Origin: Gloeobacterales cyanobacterium
GTDB taxonomy: Bacteria > Cyanobacteriota > Cyanobacteriia > Gloeobacterales > PMM-0068
Length of the DNA: 64,000 nt
Direction: 5' to 3'
Assembly (NCBI GenBank): GCA_038245785.1
Contig: JBBRSB010000003.1
Span: forward strand, 64,001 to 128,000
Below, in pieces: positions 49,681 through 59,000 of the stretch. The translations under genes were made by a program, and so were the position numbers. The first letter of the stretch is position 1, and the number at the start of each line of letters is the position of its first letter. The notes under the pieces are model-generated. The model ran no database searches. It was not told the DNA's origin and saw nothing but the letters and a program-made list of their open reading frames with translations.

Positions 49681-49810
49681 GGCTATTCAGATCAGTGATG
49701 GGATGGAGTTGCTTAAAGATTCCTGTTTTAAGATTTTCAATTCGTGCGTAGATTATTAGCTTTCCTCTGTGAACCGATGATGTCTTGTTCTTCTCTCCAA
49801 AGGTCTATTG

Positions 49811-51235
49811 ATGACAGTTACAACGCGTCCAAGAGCGATTGCACCTGTTGCAAGTATGTCTTATCCTCGTTGGCCTATGATTGGCCTGCTGATGGCTGCA
49901 GACATCCTGTCCCTCAGCTTCTCAGCAACTCTTGGGTTCTATGCCAGCCATATACTCAATCCAGGTCTTGAACCTGAGCGGTACTGGCAACTGCTACCAG
50001 CCCTCTTCCCTTTTATTCTTGCCTACGCTCTTAAGGGCCTCTACCCCGGAATAGCGCTATCAGGACCGGATGAACTGCGTCGACTCAGCCGTTCTACTAC
50101 CCTGATTTACCTGGCTTTGGGCGCTACAAGCTTTCTTTTTCAAGATGCCGGGACCTATTCCCGAGGTGCTTTTCTCCTTGCTTGGATTTGCTCTCTTGCT
50201 CTAATTCCCCTAAGTCGTGCAGCCGTTCGCTCCCTCTTTGCAGGCAAGCGCTGGTGGGGGTACCCCGTCATTATTTTTGGGTCTGGAAGAACTGCACAGA
50301 AGATAGTCCAGATTCTAAAACACAAACCAGAACTTGGTCTTAATCCTGTTGCTATTTTGAATGATGCCTCAAGAGACTCTGAGTCCTTTACCGTCCGAGA
50401 GGATATGCAATATGCTTCTGCCCTGGCGCAGCTCCATGGCATCCGCTATGCCATTGTTGCCATGCCTGCCATGCCTCGTGACAAATTCTCAGAACTTCTT
50501 GAGCGCTATAGTCAGACCTTTCCGAATCTACTCGTCATTCCTAACCTTTTCGATTTTTCTAGTCTGTGGGTAAGTGCTAAAGATTTAGATGGCTTTCTGG
50601 GGTTTGAGGTGCAACAGAGGCTCCTTATGCCTAGTTCTTTACTGGCCAAGCGTACTTTGGATTTGGCTATTGCTCTGACGGCAGGGTTTCTAAGTTTACC
50701 GCTCATTGCTATGGTGGCCCTCTTGACATGGCTAGATTCACCGGGACCGATTCTTTTTGCCCAGGATAGACCTGGTATGGGTGGTCAGCTCTTCAAAATT
50801 CTGAAGTTTAGAACGATGTATATAGACGCTGAAGAGCGATTTAATAACCTTTCCCCAGAGCTAAGAAAAGAGTTTAAAATCTACGGCAAGATAAAAAATG
50901 ACCCTAGGATTACCCGTGTGGGCAAATGGACTCGCAAACTCAGTCTTGATGAGCTTCCACAATTATGGAATGTCGTAAAAGGGGAAATGAGCTTGGTCGG
51001 TCCTAGACCTTATCTCAAAAGTCAGGTCGTTCAAATGGAAGGGACTGAAGACTTGATTCTAAGGGTTCCCCCAGGAATAACCGGTATCTGGCAAACGAGC
51101 GGACGTAGCACGGTAACCTTTGATGAACGATTGGGAATGGATACCTACTACGTGCGCAACTGGTCCGTTTGGCTGGATATTCATATATTGGCTCGGACCT
51201 TCAAAGTGCTTGTTTTTGGCGATGGAGCCTACTAG
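49811..51235 (+). CDS. wbaP: Undecaprenyl-phosphate sugar phosphotransferase (WbaP-type), copy 2
   Basis: Same motifs as 8534-9970, with long identical stretches such as [20 protein letters not shown]. Confidence 0.9.
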   Translation: MTVTTRPRAIAPVASMSYPRWPMIGLLMAADILSLSFSATLGFYASHILNPGLEPERYWQLLPALFPFILAYALKGLYPGIALSGPDELRRLSRSTTLIYLALGATSFLFQDAGTYSRGAFLLAWICSLALIPLSRAAVRSLFAGKRWWGYPVIIFGSGRTAQKIVQILKHKPELGLNPVAILNDASRDSESFTVREDMQYASALAQLHGIRYAIVAMPAMPRDKFSELLERYSQTFPNLLVIPNLFDFSSLWVSAKDLDGFLGFEVQQRLLMPSSLLAKRTLDLAIALTAGFLSLPLIAMVALLTWLDSPGPILFAQDRPGMGGQLFKILKFRTMYIDAEERFNNLSPELRKEFKIYGKIKNDPRITRVGKWTRKLSLDELPQLWNVVKGEMSLVGPRPYLKSQVVQMEGTEDLILRVPPGITGIWQTSGRSTVTFDERLGMDTYYVRNWSVWLDIHILARTFKVLVFGDGAY

Positions 51236-51312
51236 TTATAAAGACTAAGCCCATGCCAGAATTATGCGGCTATTTCTAGAAGTTACACGTACTGTTTAGA
51301 TTGGGAGGTTAG

Positions 51313-52782
51313 ATGTTAAGAAATGGATTCTATAACATTGTAGGTGCAAGTATACGAATATTGCTTGCCCTCCTAACTATCCCTGGTCTAATACACCTCA
51401 TCGGGATGAAAGAGTATGGAATATGGACCTTAATTTCATCAACTATAGCTTTAGTTACTTTGGCAGAAGCAGGTCTCTCGATATCAACTACTTTTTTTGT
51501 ATCTTATGATTTAGCTAACAATGATTATGATGGTCTCTCTCAAACACTAACAGCAACTGCGGGTGCGATGTTGTTGATCTCAACCTTGGCTGGAATCGGT
51601 CTATGGCAGGGAGCATCTCTGCTAATGTATTTTTTTCCGACACTAGAAGCATCGCAGAAAATAGCTTGTGTGGAGGCTTTGCAGATTGGGGGGATAGTAG
51701 TATGGGGAAGATTAATTCAACAAGTTCTAGTTGGCATAGAACAGGCTTATCAACAATATGGTTTGATAAATATTCTAAATATAGTGCAGTCTGTATCAAC
51801 CAATTTAGGGATATTGATGGTTGCATGGTTTGGAGGGAAGACCTTAGCCATGATGCAGTTAACGGCACTAGCGACCATTATTTTACTAATTGCTCATATA
51901 GGGGCATGTAGTTGGCTACTTAAAAATATAAAATTGCAATTTGCTTGGAGCGCTAAAAAGAGCAGCGAAATAGTTCGCTACAGCCTGAATACATGGTTTA
52001 CTTCTCTTGGAGGTGCTCTTTTTGGCCAAGTTGATAAACTAATTGTAGGAACTCTATTAGGCGTAGAAAAGCTCGGGGTGTATGCCGCAATTACCAGTGT
52101 GGCGAATCAGATCAATGTAGTTTCATCCTTGCCTGTGCAGCCTCTCCTTCCAATCCTCAGTAATTACTCAAAAAGAGAAAAAGAAAAAGAAAAAAACATA
52201 GCTATGCTGCAAAAGATAAAGCAAGCACTTCAGCTCAATGCAGTAGTTGCTCTGGGCATGGGCATTGGCCTGTTTGCACTAAGTTCTTTGGTGATAACTA
52301 TCATAATTCCTGGTGAAGTAAACAATGACCACACAACGTTATTTCAAATTGCTGTCACAATTTATACCCTCTATTCACTGAATGCAGTTGGTTACTATAC
52401 TCTTTTAGGTGTAAATGCAGTCAAATTGTGTATGTTTACTCAACTAACTGCAGGGCTCTTATCTTTACTATTAATATACTTCGGAGCACAATTTTTTGGT
52501 TTGTATGGAGCAGTTTCAGGAAATGCAGGATACATAGGGACTTATTTATTAACTTTATTTGGAATGCGAAAATTGGGTATTCCCTTTCATGCCTGGGGAG
52601 CATGGACACAGTTCCCTCTCCTATGGTTTATTGTATCGACAATAATGCATATAGCTATTCCAAACATAATTGCCCTAAGAGCGTTTGTCCTGGCACTTCA
52701 AATTGCAGTTTTAGCTTTTTGGTTTATTACTGTGCAAGGTAAGAATATACGAGTCTTTAACTGGAGTATGGCTGAGAGATGA
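51313..52782 (+). CDS. wzx: Wzx flippase
   Basis: P.LIH.IG...YGIW, VDKLIVG.LLG...LGVY; multiple TM segments. Confidence 0.85.
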   Translation: MLRNGFYNIVGASIRILLALLTIPGLIHLIGMKEYGIWTLISSTIALVTLAEAGLSISTTFFVSYDLANNDYDGLSQTLTATAGAMLLISTLAGIGLWQGASLLMYFFPTLEASQKIACVEALQIGGIVVWGRLIQQVLVGIEQAYQQYGLINILNIVQSVSTNLGILMVAWFGGKTLAMMQLTALATIILLIAHIGACSWLLKNIKLQFAWSAKKSSEIVRYSLNTWFTSLGGALFGQVDKLIVGTLLGVEKLGVYAAITSVANQINVVSSLPVQPLLPILSNYSKREKEKEKNIAMLQKIKQALQLNAVVALGMGIGLFALSSLVITIIIPGEVNNDHTTLFQIAVTIYTLYSLNAVGYYTLLGVNAVKLCMFTQLTAGLLSLLLIYFGAQFFGLYGAVSGNAGYIGTYLLTLFGMRKLGIPFHAWGAWTQFPLLWFIVSTIMHIAIPNIIALRAFVLALQIAVLAFWFITVQGKNIRVFNWSMAER

Positions 52783-52785
52783 AAG

Positions 52786-54162
52786 ATGAGAAGCTTTATA
52801 AAAATTCTAATAAATTCTGAAAAATTGAACTTTCTCACTCTCGAGGAGTTGACATTGAAAAATCTTATACAGAAAATATCTGTTGCCTTTGCTTACATTA
52901 GTGTTTGGGAAATCATCCTTGGATTTGGCGGAGATTTTATCTCCTTTGGCCCAATAAAAATAAGAGCATTCTTGGCTGTCTTTAATGTGTTTTTGCTTAT
53001 TGTTAGCATTGTTATTGGAAGTGCAAAAGTTAAAATTCACTATTTAGTTCTAAGCTCTGTAATCTTGATTGCGTCTGTAAATTTTCTATGGACTTTCTAT
53101 GGCCTTGAGATGAACAATGAGTTTGCTATTGCCGATGGTGGCGGCTCACTCTTAAGCATTCTTTCCTGCCTTTCCATAATAATTTCAGTCCTCAATATTC
53201 AGTCGAGTAAAGATACGTTATTTAATCTGCTTCAGCTTCCTCTCCTTATATTCTTCTCATCACTATCTCTTCTATGGATTACGCAACCAATCCATCACAT
53301 AGATTTACCCTTGCTACTCGAACCTTACACTGCGGTAACTATTATTGGTGGGGGAGGTGACCTGGGGAGGTACTATTTTCCTAGTACAGTATTGCTCCCT
53401 CTCAGTGCTTTTATCTTTGCGATTTATTCTCCCAAATTTAGTGTATTAAAGTTCTATAGCTACATCACCCTCTATATCATTTCAGTTCTTGCTGTAGGTT
53501 CGCGTGGAGTTGCTCTTGGAACATTATCAATTATTGCGGCAGCTTTTATTATTAGGATTCTTTCTCTACAAAACAGACCAGCTAATCTAATGATTTTTCT
53601 TTCTCCTCTGCTTGTGGCTACTCTTATTCTTTCTCCAATACTAGCTGCAAGTTTAAAGAGCACTCGTTTCTTTGAACCAAATGCAGCGTATAGTCAACTT
53701 GCATCGGATGATACAAGATTTGAGCAGGCACCATTATTACTTGAGTCTTTCCTGGAGGAACCAATATTAGGTAGAGGTTCTGGTTATTATATTAACGGAT
53801 TTCTTAGATCTAATAATCAGCCATATCTTTATGAGCTATATTTTCTTACTCTTTTGATGAAAACAGGAATCTTAGGCTCATTCCTTTATTTCTCTGCTCT
53901 CATGGCAATTCTGATAACACCCTTTGTTAGTAAATTTAGTTATCTGCTAAGCGTTAAAATATTATATGTTATTGCATTTGTAACCACCATCTTGCAGGGT
54001 TCAAGTAATCCATTTCTGGACAGGCCATGTGGATTATTACTCCTATTTGGTCCCTGGTTAGCCATTGAACTTCTGAGAAAGTTGCCTGTAGATTATTCAA
54101 TTATTAGAAAACCAATCAGACCTAAATCACAGTCACAATTTGCAGCTCAAATTATGAGCTAA
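52786..54162 (+). CDS. Putative Wzy polymerase / O-antigen-ligase-like membrane protein
   Basis: Many TM segments, GSRG, R.EQ....L.....PILG.G.G, YEL, SNP; AT-rich; follows wzx. Confidence 0.7.
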   Translation: MRSFIKILINSEKLNFLTLEELTLKNLIQKISVAFAYISVWEIILGFGGDFISFGPIKIRAFLAVFNVFLLIVSIVIGSAKVKIHYLVLSSVILIASVNFLWTFYGLEMNNEFAIADGGGSLLSILSCLSIIISVLNIQSSKDTLFNLLQLPLLIFFSSLSLLWITQPIHHIDLPLLLEPYTAVTIIGGGGDLGRYYFPSTVLLPLSAFIFAIYSPKFSVLKFYSYITLYIISVLAVGSRGVALGTLSIIAAAFIIRILSLQNRPANLMIFLSPLLVATLILSPILAASLKSTRFFEPNAAYSQLASDDTRFEQAPLLLESFLEEPILGRGSGYYINGFLRSNNQPYLYELYFLTLLMKTGILGSFLYFSALMAILITPFVSKFSYLLSVKILYVIAFVTTILQGSSNPFLDRPCGLLLLFGPWLAIELLRKLPVDYSIIRKPIRPKSQSQFAAQIMS

Positions 54163-54190
54163 TCATATAAAGCTCTTACGGAAGTTTGTG

Positions 54191-56899
54191 ATGTTACATA
54201 ATCTATTCCGTAGCAGTGTTCTTCTATCAACACTCCTAGCTCTCCTCGTTCTTTTCCTTTATGGAAATATCGCCAGAGCGCAGACGCTTCCTGGTTTTGA
54301 CTTTAAGCAGGCTTCTGTTGTTCAATCGTGGCAACCAACGAGTGATATAGCGAATATTCAAGCAACATCACAAGGCATGCTCATTGAAATCAGCGGCAAT
54401 GATCCTTATACGTTAGGGCCTGCTCGTACGTATCCTCAAAATCTCACCCTTCGACTGCGTATCCGTCTTAAGTCCGATCAGAAGGGAGTAGGTAGAATAT
54501 TCTTCTTTACATCAGCTAAAGGGCCGAACGAAGAAGATTCAGTTTCCTTCTTGGTCCCAAAGGCAGGTGAATGGGTTGAAGCACTTGTGCCAATGCCTGC
54601 ACTTGGACCTGGGACTTCACTCCGCATTGACCCACCTGGCGTTGGAATAGGCAAGTGTCTCATTTCATCCCTAACCTTCGAGCCAAACGTTAAGTTGAAG
54701 GAACCGCAGTGGCCAAAACCAACTAAACCCCAACTAGATGACATATCCTATAGCGTCCATTCTGGCGATCTCTTACTCGTACACGAAAAGCAGAAACTTG
54801 GTAGCTTCCGAATCCAGGTCGCAAAGAAGGATATGGCTGTTGGTTTTAACCGCCCTTTAATTGGCTACATCCAAGCGGGTCAACAGCAATGGCTAAACCT
54901 AAATGAGAAGGCACAGATCAAAACTAGCCTCCAGGATAATGCCCTGGCCGTGAGAGCAGTTGTTACTGACGCTGGCGGCGCGCGTTGGGGAATTGAGCAG
55001 CGGTTCATGCAGGCAAAACTGCCCAATGCGATCGATGTGGTTACAACCGTTACAGTCAATCAGGATCGCATAGTTAGCTTTCTGCCGATGCTGGTCGTAT
55101 TGCCTGGTGTTGGGTCCTTTGGGGCAGAGAGAAACCATGGACTATTCGCTGGATTGGAGTACTTAGACAAGCCAGACATAAGTAGTTCGGATGCCGATAT
55201 CATTGGGCCGGGCAGCAAGCGTCAGTTCCCCAACACTGAGCTAATGACTTTCCCCTTAATGGCTATTCAGGCTAATGACCGTTACCTTGGCCTCATCTGG
55301 GACAAGTTCCCGAAGTTTAGTGCTGTTTTTGATTCACCTGACCGCATCTTCAAGTCCGGGGGACACCTAATGGGGGTGCTGTTTCCTGGCTCCCAGGGTA
55401 TGCACTTACGGGAGGGTAGTCTGAGTCCCTATGGCAGTGAAACGCTGGTCAAGGGAAAGCCATTAGTTTTGCGCGCGACCATTATCGGAAGTACTGGTAA
55501 GAGTGTAGTTCCCGCTGTGCAGCAGTACATTGCACTACGCGGATTGCCACGTATGCCTTCCTCGGGCATGGATAAACAAGGCTACATCTCTCTGGCCGCA
55601 GGCGGCTGGCTTGACTCGAAGATTCGAGTTGGCGATGAGTTTCGGCATGCCTACTGGCCAGAAGTAATTGATGCAAAAAGCAAGGTCGCAGATGCTCCTG
55701 TCTTTTTGAAATGGCTGGCACATGCAACAGAGGACGCGACCTTGCGCACACGCCTGCACACTCAAGAAAAGGCAACTATCGCGAAGGTTAGCCCAACAGA
55801 TTACAACACTGCAGGCATCTCGCACGTACGCTATCCTTTGCCCGCTCTCATCTATGGAAATGTTGCCGAAAATGCAGACCGCGCAGAGAAATCTGGGTGG
55901 TCTATATTAGGTCGCTTCGAACCAAATGGTACGCTCCTCTACAAACCTGGGCCTAAGGAGCAGGATTTTGGGAAGACACACTTCGCACCTGACGCAAACG
56001 GACTGACTGCCGGAGTAGTGGAAAGTCTGCTGCAAGACGCAATGTTTTCTGGTGACGAAAAACTGATCCGTGCAGGATTGCGTATGTTGCGCGCGCTCGA
56101 TAAGTTTCACGATAGTGCACCACGTGGCGCGCAGACATGGGAAGTTCCTCTTCACACACCTGATATCTTGGCTTCTGCTTACCTAGTTCGAGCCTACACG
56201 CTGGGGTATGAGCTGACAGGTGACCAACATTTCCTAAAGGAAGCGATCTATTGGGCTTGGACTGGTGTTCCCTTTATCTATCTAGATAAATTGACCTCAC
56301 AGCCTGTCGGCCCCTACTCCACCATAGCCGTCCTGGGGGCTTCTAGATGGAAGGCCCCGAATTGGATAGGTCTGCCGGTTCAGTGGTGTGGTTTAGTCTA
56401 TTCGGAAGCTCTCTACCGTCTACTTCGGTACGATTCCAAAGGTCCCTGGAAACAGATCGCAGATGGCATTACTACTTCAGGTATTCAGCAAAGCTGGCCC
56501 CACACGGAAAAAGATTTTCAGGGTCTCTTACCTGACTCCTTCAATCTACAATCCCAGAAACGCAATTTTCCAGTGATCAACCCTGGAACAGTGCAAGCGA
56601 ATGCCATTCATCTTTTGGGGGGACCAGAGATATATGACTATCGTGTATTGCGTAAAAACAGTCTAATCGTCCACGCACCAGGAACAATCTCAGAGATACA
56701 AGAGAACCCAGGCCAAGTCTCTTTTACCGTAAAAGGTGACTGGTTAGAACACTCATATAACATTCTTGTGAGCGGCTTCAAGGCTCCGCCACAGGCTCGT
56801 ACCAACGGGCAGGAAGTACAGAGTCAGTACATAGGAAAGAAGGGATATCTCATTCTCACAGCAAATAAAGATATGCGGATTGATATAAGCACAAAGTAG
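54191..56899 (+). CDS. Large secreted hypothetical protein (possible carbohydrate-active enzyme)
   Basis: Signal peptide, LRIDP-containing beta domain, C-terminal helical region with PRGAQTWEVPLHTPDILAS and W.GLPVQWCG. Confidence 0.75.
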   Translation: MLHNLFRSSVLLSTLLALLVLFLYGNIARAQTLPGFDFKQASVVQSWQPTSDIANIQATSQGMLIEISGNDPYTLGPARTYPQNLTLRLRIRLKSDQKGVGRIFFFTSAKGPNEEDSVSFLVPKAGEWVEALVPMPALGPGTSLRIDPPGVGIGKCLISSLTFEPNVKLKEPQWPKPTKPQLDDISYSVHSGDLLLVHEKQKLGSFRIQVAKKDMAVGFNRPLIGYIQAGQQQWLNLNEKAQIKTSLQDNALAVRAVVTDAGGARWGIEQRFMQAKLPNAIDVVTTVTVNQDRIVSFLPMLVVLPGVGSFGAERNHGLFAGLEYLDKPDISSSDADIIGPGSKRQFPNTELMTFPLMAIQANDRYLGLIWDKFPKFSAVFDSPDRIFKSGGHLMGVLFPGSQGMHLREGSLSPYGSETLVKGKPLVLRATIIGSTGKSVVPAVQQYIALRGLPRMPSSGMDKQGYISLAAGGWLDSKIRVGDEFRHAYWPEVIDAKSKVADAPVFLKWLAHATEDATLRTRLHTQEKATIAKVSPTDYNTAGISHVRYPLPALIYGNVAENADRAEKSGWSILGRFEPNGTLLYKPGPKEQDFGKTHFAPDANGLTAGVVESLLQDAMFSGDEKLIRAGLRMLRALDKFHDSAPRGAQTWEVPLHTPDILASAYLVRAYTLGYELTGDQHFLKEAIYWAWTGVPFIYLDKLTSQPVGPYSTIAVLGASRWKAPNWIGLPVQWCGLVYSEALYRLLRYDSKGPWKQIADGITTSGIQQSWPHTEKDFQGLLPDSFNLQSQKRNFPVINPGTVQANAIHLLGGPEIYDYRVLRKNSLIVHAPGTISEIQENPGQVSFTVKGDWLEHSYNILVSGFKAPPQARTNGQEVQSQYIGKKGYLILTANKDMRIDISTK

Positions 56900-57012
56900 A
56901 GAAAAGTGCACTTCCTCAGGTTGCTTAGTATGTCTCATTGGGTATCGACAAGCTGTATTCAATGCCAATGAATATTTAATGCCTCGAATGGGGTTATTTT
57001 TAGGAAGGATAA

Positions 57013-57753
57013 ATGAAGTTTTCAGTGTGTATAGCTGTTTATAACGGTGAGGAGTATTTAAAGCAACAGCTTGTTTCCATTTTAGAGCAACTAAATATTG
57101 ATGACGAAGTTATAGTAGTTAACGATAAATCTTCAGACGACTCGATGAATATAATTAATTCGCTCTGCGATAAAAGAATTACAGTGATTAACAATGAAAC
57201 TAATCTCGGAGTGGTTCGCTCGTTCGAAAAAGCTCTTAACCAAACATCAGGTGACATTATATTTTTGTCAGATCAGGATGATATTTGGATGCCCGGAAAA
57301 ATAGAAGTGATTAGCAAGTATATGATGGAATCTCAATGCCGTGCTGTTGTATCTGATGCTTTGGTAATTGATGGGCAAGAAGAAGTCATATGCGATTCAT
57401 ATTTTACGCTGCGGCAATCTGGTCCTGGCATTTGGAAAAACTTTTATCGAAATAGTTATATTGGCTGCTGTATGGCTATCCGTTCAGATGTTAAACCTTT
57501 TATCTTACCTTTCCCTAAATCTATTCCCATGCATGATGCATGGATTGGAATGGTCTGTGACCTTCTTGGTGAAGTTAAATTTTTGCCTAAACAACTTGTT
57601 GCCTATCGAAGGCATTTAGCAAATCAGAGTGAACTACAGGGAAAAGACTGGAATAAGATGATACATAAAAGATTCATATGGCTTAGATTAATGGCTGTTG
57701 AATTGCCAAAGCTATGGTTGAAAATAATTTTAAACAAAATTATCTGTGCTTGA
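57013..57753 (+). CDS. Glycosyltransferase family 2 (putative rhamnosyltransferase)
   Basis: SVCIAVYNGE, FLSDQDDIW, GCCMA, MHDAWI, YRRH..N. Confidence 0.88.
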   Translation: MKFSVCIAVYNGEEYLKQQLVSILEQLNIDDEVIVVNDKSSDDSMNIINSLCDKRITVINNETNLGVVRSFEKALNQTSGDIIFLSDQDDIWMPGKIEVISKYMMESQCRAVVSDALVIDGQEEVICDSYFTLRQSGPGIWKNFYRNSYIGCCMAIRSDVKPFILPFPKSIPMHDAWIGMVCDLLGEVKFLPKQLVAYRRHLANQSELQGKDWNKMIHKRFIWLRLMAVELPKLWLKIILNKIICA

Positions 57754-57919
57754 CATGATGTCCAGCTATCTTTCATCTCTGAAGCTTATTTCTCCGAAAT
57801 AATGATTAGTTTTCTAATTCAAAATCAGATATGAAATCTAAGAATTCTTGCCTAAAAAGGTTCAGAAGTAATTTGCTGTTTGCCCTAAATAGTCTCTATC
57901 TCTAGCACTTCTAGGAGTC

Positions 57920-58831
57920 ATGATGCTTGATGTCGCCGTAATTATCCCTACTTTAAATGGTGTGCAAGATCTAGAACAAGTTTTACCCCGTTTGACAGAG
58001 GCAATAGATCCAAGCCGAATTTGGATTATTGATTCAGCTTCTAAAGATAAAACGGTTGAACTTAGCAAGCAGTACCGAGTTAATATATATCCCATTGAAC
58101 ATGGAAGTTTTAATCATGGAGGAACCCGCAATTTAGGGCGTTCTTTAGTTAATGCGGAGATCTTAATCTATTTAACCCAGGATGCAATTCCAGCAGGTCC
58201 GGATTTTTTAGAGAAGCTGGTCGAACCTTTTTCAGATTCCGCCGTAGCCTTGGCATACGGACGACAGCTACCCCGTATCGGGGCTGGTCCTCTTGAGGCA
58301 TTTCCCAGACTTTTTAACTACTCAGATACGAACTTAGTGAAAAGTAAAGCTGATATCGCTCAACTTGGTATTAAGACCTTCTTCTGCTCTGACTCTTTTT
58401 GTGCCTATCGGACCCATGCATGGGATGAAGTTGGAGGATTTCCTGAAAGAACTTTAACCTGGGAGGACCAGCATATTGCGGCACGCTTAATTGCTAAAGG
58501 GTACAAAATTGCCTACGTTCCTAATGCACAGGTCTACCATTCCCACAGTTATACATTGAAGGAAGAGTTTCAGAGATACTTTGATACAGGTTCCTTTTTG
58601 AAAAAAGAAACTTGGATACGCGAAATGGCAGGTAATGCAGAGGGGGAAGGAATGCGCTTTCTCAAAAAACAGATTGAGTACCTAATCACAGTACAGAAAA
58701 CTTATCTTATCCCCTACTCTCTTATTGCAACGATTGTAAAGTATATGGGATATAGAATGGGTTTGTTAGAACCTAACTTACCCATTCATTGGAAGCGGAA
58801 GTTAAGCCAGCAAAGTTATTATTGGCAATAA
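57920..58831 (+). CDS. Glycosyltransferase family 2 (WbaN/RfbN-like rhamnosyltransferase)
   Basis: IDSAS.D, FNHGGTRN, LTQDA, YGRQLP, V.HSH.Y...EF.RYFD.G. Confidence 0.88.
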   Translation: MMLDVAVIIPTLNGVQDLEQVLPRLTEAIDPSRIWIIDSASKDKTVELSKQYRVNIYPIEHGSFNHGGTRNLGRSLVNAEILIYLTQDAIPAGPDFLEKLVEPFSDSAVALAYGRQLPRIGAGPLEAFPRLFNYSDTNLVKSKADIAQLGIKTFFCSDSFCAYRTHAWDEVGGFPERTLTWEDQHIAARLIAKGYKIAYVPNAQVYHSHSYTLKEEFQRYFDTGSFLKKETWIREMAGNAEGEGMRFLKKQIEYLITVQKTYLIPYSLIATIVKYMGYRMGLLEPNLPIHWKRKLSQQSYYWQ

Positions 58832-59000
58832 ATAGGTCTAGCTGGAAAAATAGTTAGGAGTATAGGGATTTCTTAACTATTAATGCCTTAGTAACTAATA
58901 GAAAAGGAGATGAACTACCGAGAGGCAAAAAATCAGTGTATTCTTCTCCCCTAAAGTTACAGAGTATAAGCATGTAACTACATTAAAGTGATAGAGTCTT

